This document shows, piece after piece, positions 24,881 to 25,354 of a stretch of DNA of 25,354 nt (position 1 is its first letter; each line of letters starts with the position of its first letter). The notes under the pieces were generated by a model, which saw nothing but the letters and a program-made list of their open reading frames with translations, did no database searches and had not been told where the DNA came from. The stretch lies in IMG/VR virus record IMGVR_UViG_3300008735_000095, positions 1-25,354 of that record; one strand, given 5' to 3'. The position numbers were made by a program, and so were the translations under genes. Origin of the DNA: a virus (taxonomy: Duplodnaviria > Caudoviricetes).

Positions 24881-25354
24881 CTAGGGATCCTTTTTTTCTC
24901 CCCTTCCAGACTCATCAATCACCTCAACTTCACCAGAATAGCCGTTCACCATCACTGGTAGAGAGGGTGCCGGAGGTATTTTACCTTCCCGACTTCCCTC
25001 ATTATTCAATAGGTTATTGACCTCTTGTGCCTCATTTGTGCCGATTACCCCTATTGGAGCCCCCTGTAGGTTCAGATTGAAGACAATTCCAGAGCCAGTC
25101 TGCTGCTGCTTCTCCACAAACACCCCCTTAGCCTTCCCCAGTAGCTCCCACGCCTTCAAACGGATACCGGCCTGGCTGTCCGTGGTCTCATTGAAGATCC
25201 CCTTGAGAATCGCCTCCCGGCTGATATCGAATGACTTTTCGATACGTTCTTCCTCTGCCGCGAGAGCCGTCCGGATTTTCTCTTTTGCCAAGAGCTGGGT
25301 ACCTATGCTTTTTGCGCTCGACTCAGAATAGCCAGCCTCTCTAGCTGCTCTGGC
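24881..25354 (-). CDS. terS: Terminase small subunit (5' end outside the window)
   Basis: The frame stays open to the window edge and reads ARAAREAGYSESSAKSIGTQLLAKEKI, the TerS HTH (AA..AGYS...A...G..LL), followed by RLKAWELLGKAKGVF. Confidence 0.85.
   Translation of the reverse strand, partial: ARAAREAGYSESSAKSIGTQLLAKEKIRTALAAEEERIEKSFDISREAILKGIFNETTDSQAGIRLKAWELLGKAKGVFVEKQQQTGSGIVFNLNLQGAPIGVIGTNEAQEVNNLLNNEGSREGKIPPAPSLPVMVNGYSGEVEVIDESGRGEKKDP

Larger units (their letters stand above)
586..25354 (-). mobile_element. Podovirus-like phage/prophage virion morphogenesis and ejection module (extends beyond the right edge)
   Basis: Co-oriented, tightly coupled gene order terS-terL-portal-scaffold-capsid-adaptor-nozzle-fibres-holin-ejection proteins. 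No tape measure, sheath or tube genes. Many ATGA/GTGA-type 4-bp overlaps. Confidence 0.92.

Overview
Almost the whole window (586-25354, minus strand) is the DNA-packaging, morphogenesis and DNA-ejection region of a podovirus-like phage or prophage. In transcription order it encodes TerS (5'-truncated), TerL, portal, a small head protein, scaffold, an N4-gp56-like major capsid protein, adaptor and nozzle, three tail-fibre-type proteins, a tail chaperone, two membrane (holin-like) genes, several ejection-type proteins, a GNAT-like protein and a 2207-aa polyvalent protein with a RadC/JAB metallo-motif. Two plus-strand cargo insertions interrupt the packaging module: a DinJ/RelB-YafQ toxin-antitoxin pair and a small secreted Cys-rich protein. 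Only 3 bp after the giant gene, with no visible terminator or att site, lies a sigma70 promoter with a palindromic operator. It is followed by an ops/JUMPstart (RfaH-loading) leader and an EPS-associated MarR-type regulator, which marks the start of a probable surface-polysaccharide locus. The most unusual observations are an apparently circularly permuted MAM domain on a fibre tip, a possible daisy-chain docking code among the fibre proteins, the JAB-containing injected giant protein, and the direct phage-to-ops/EPS junction. All family calls are from motif recognition by eye; no database searches were run.
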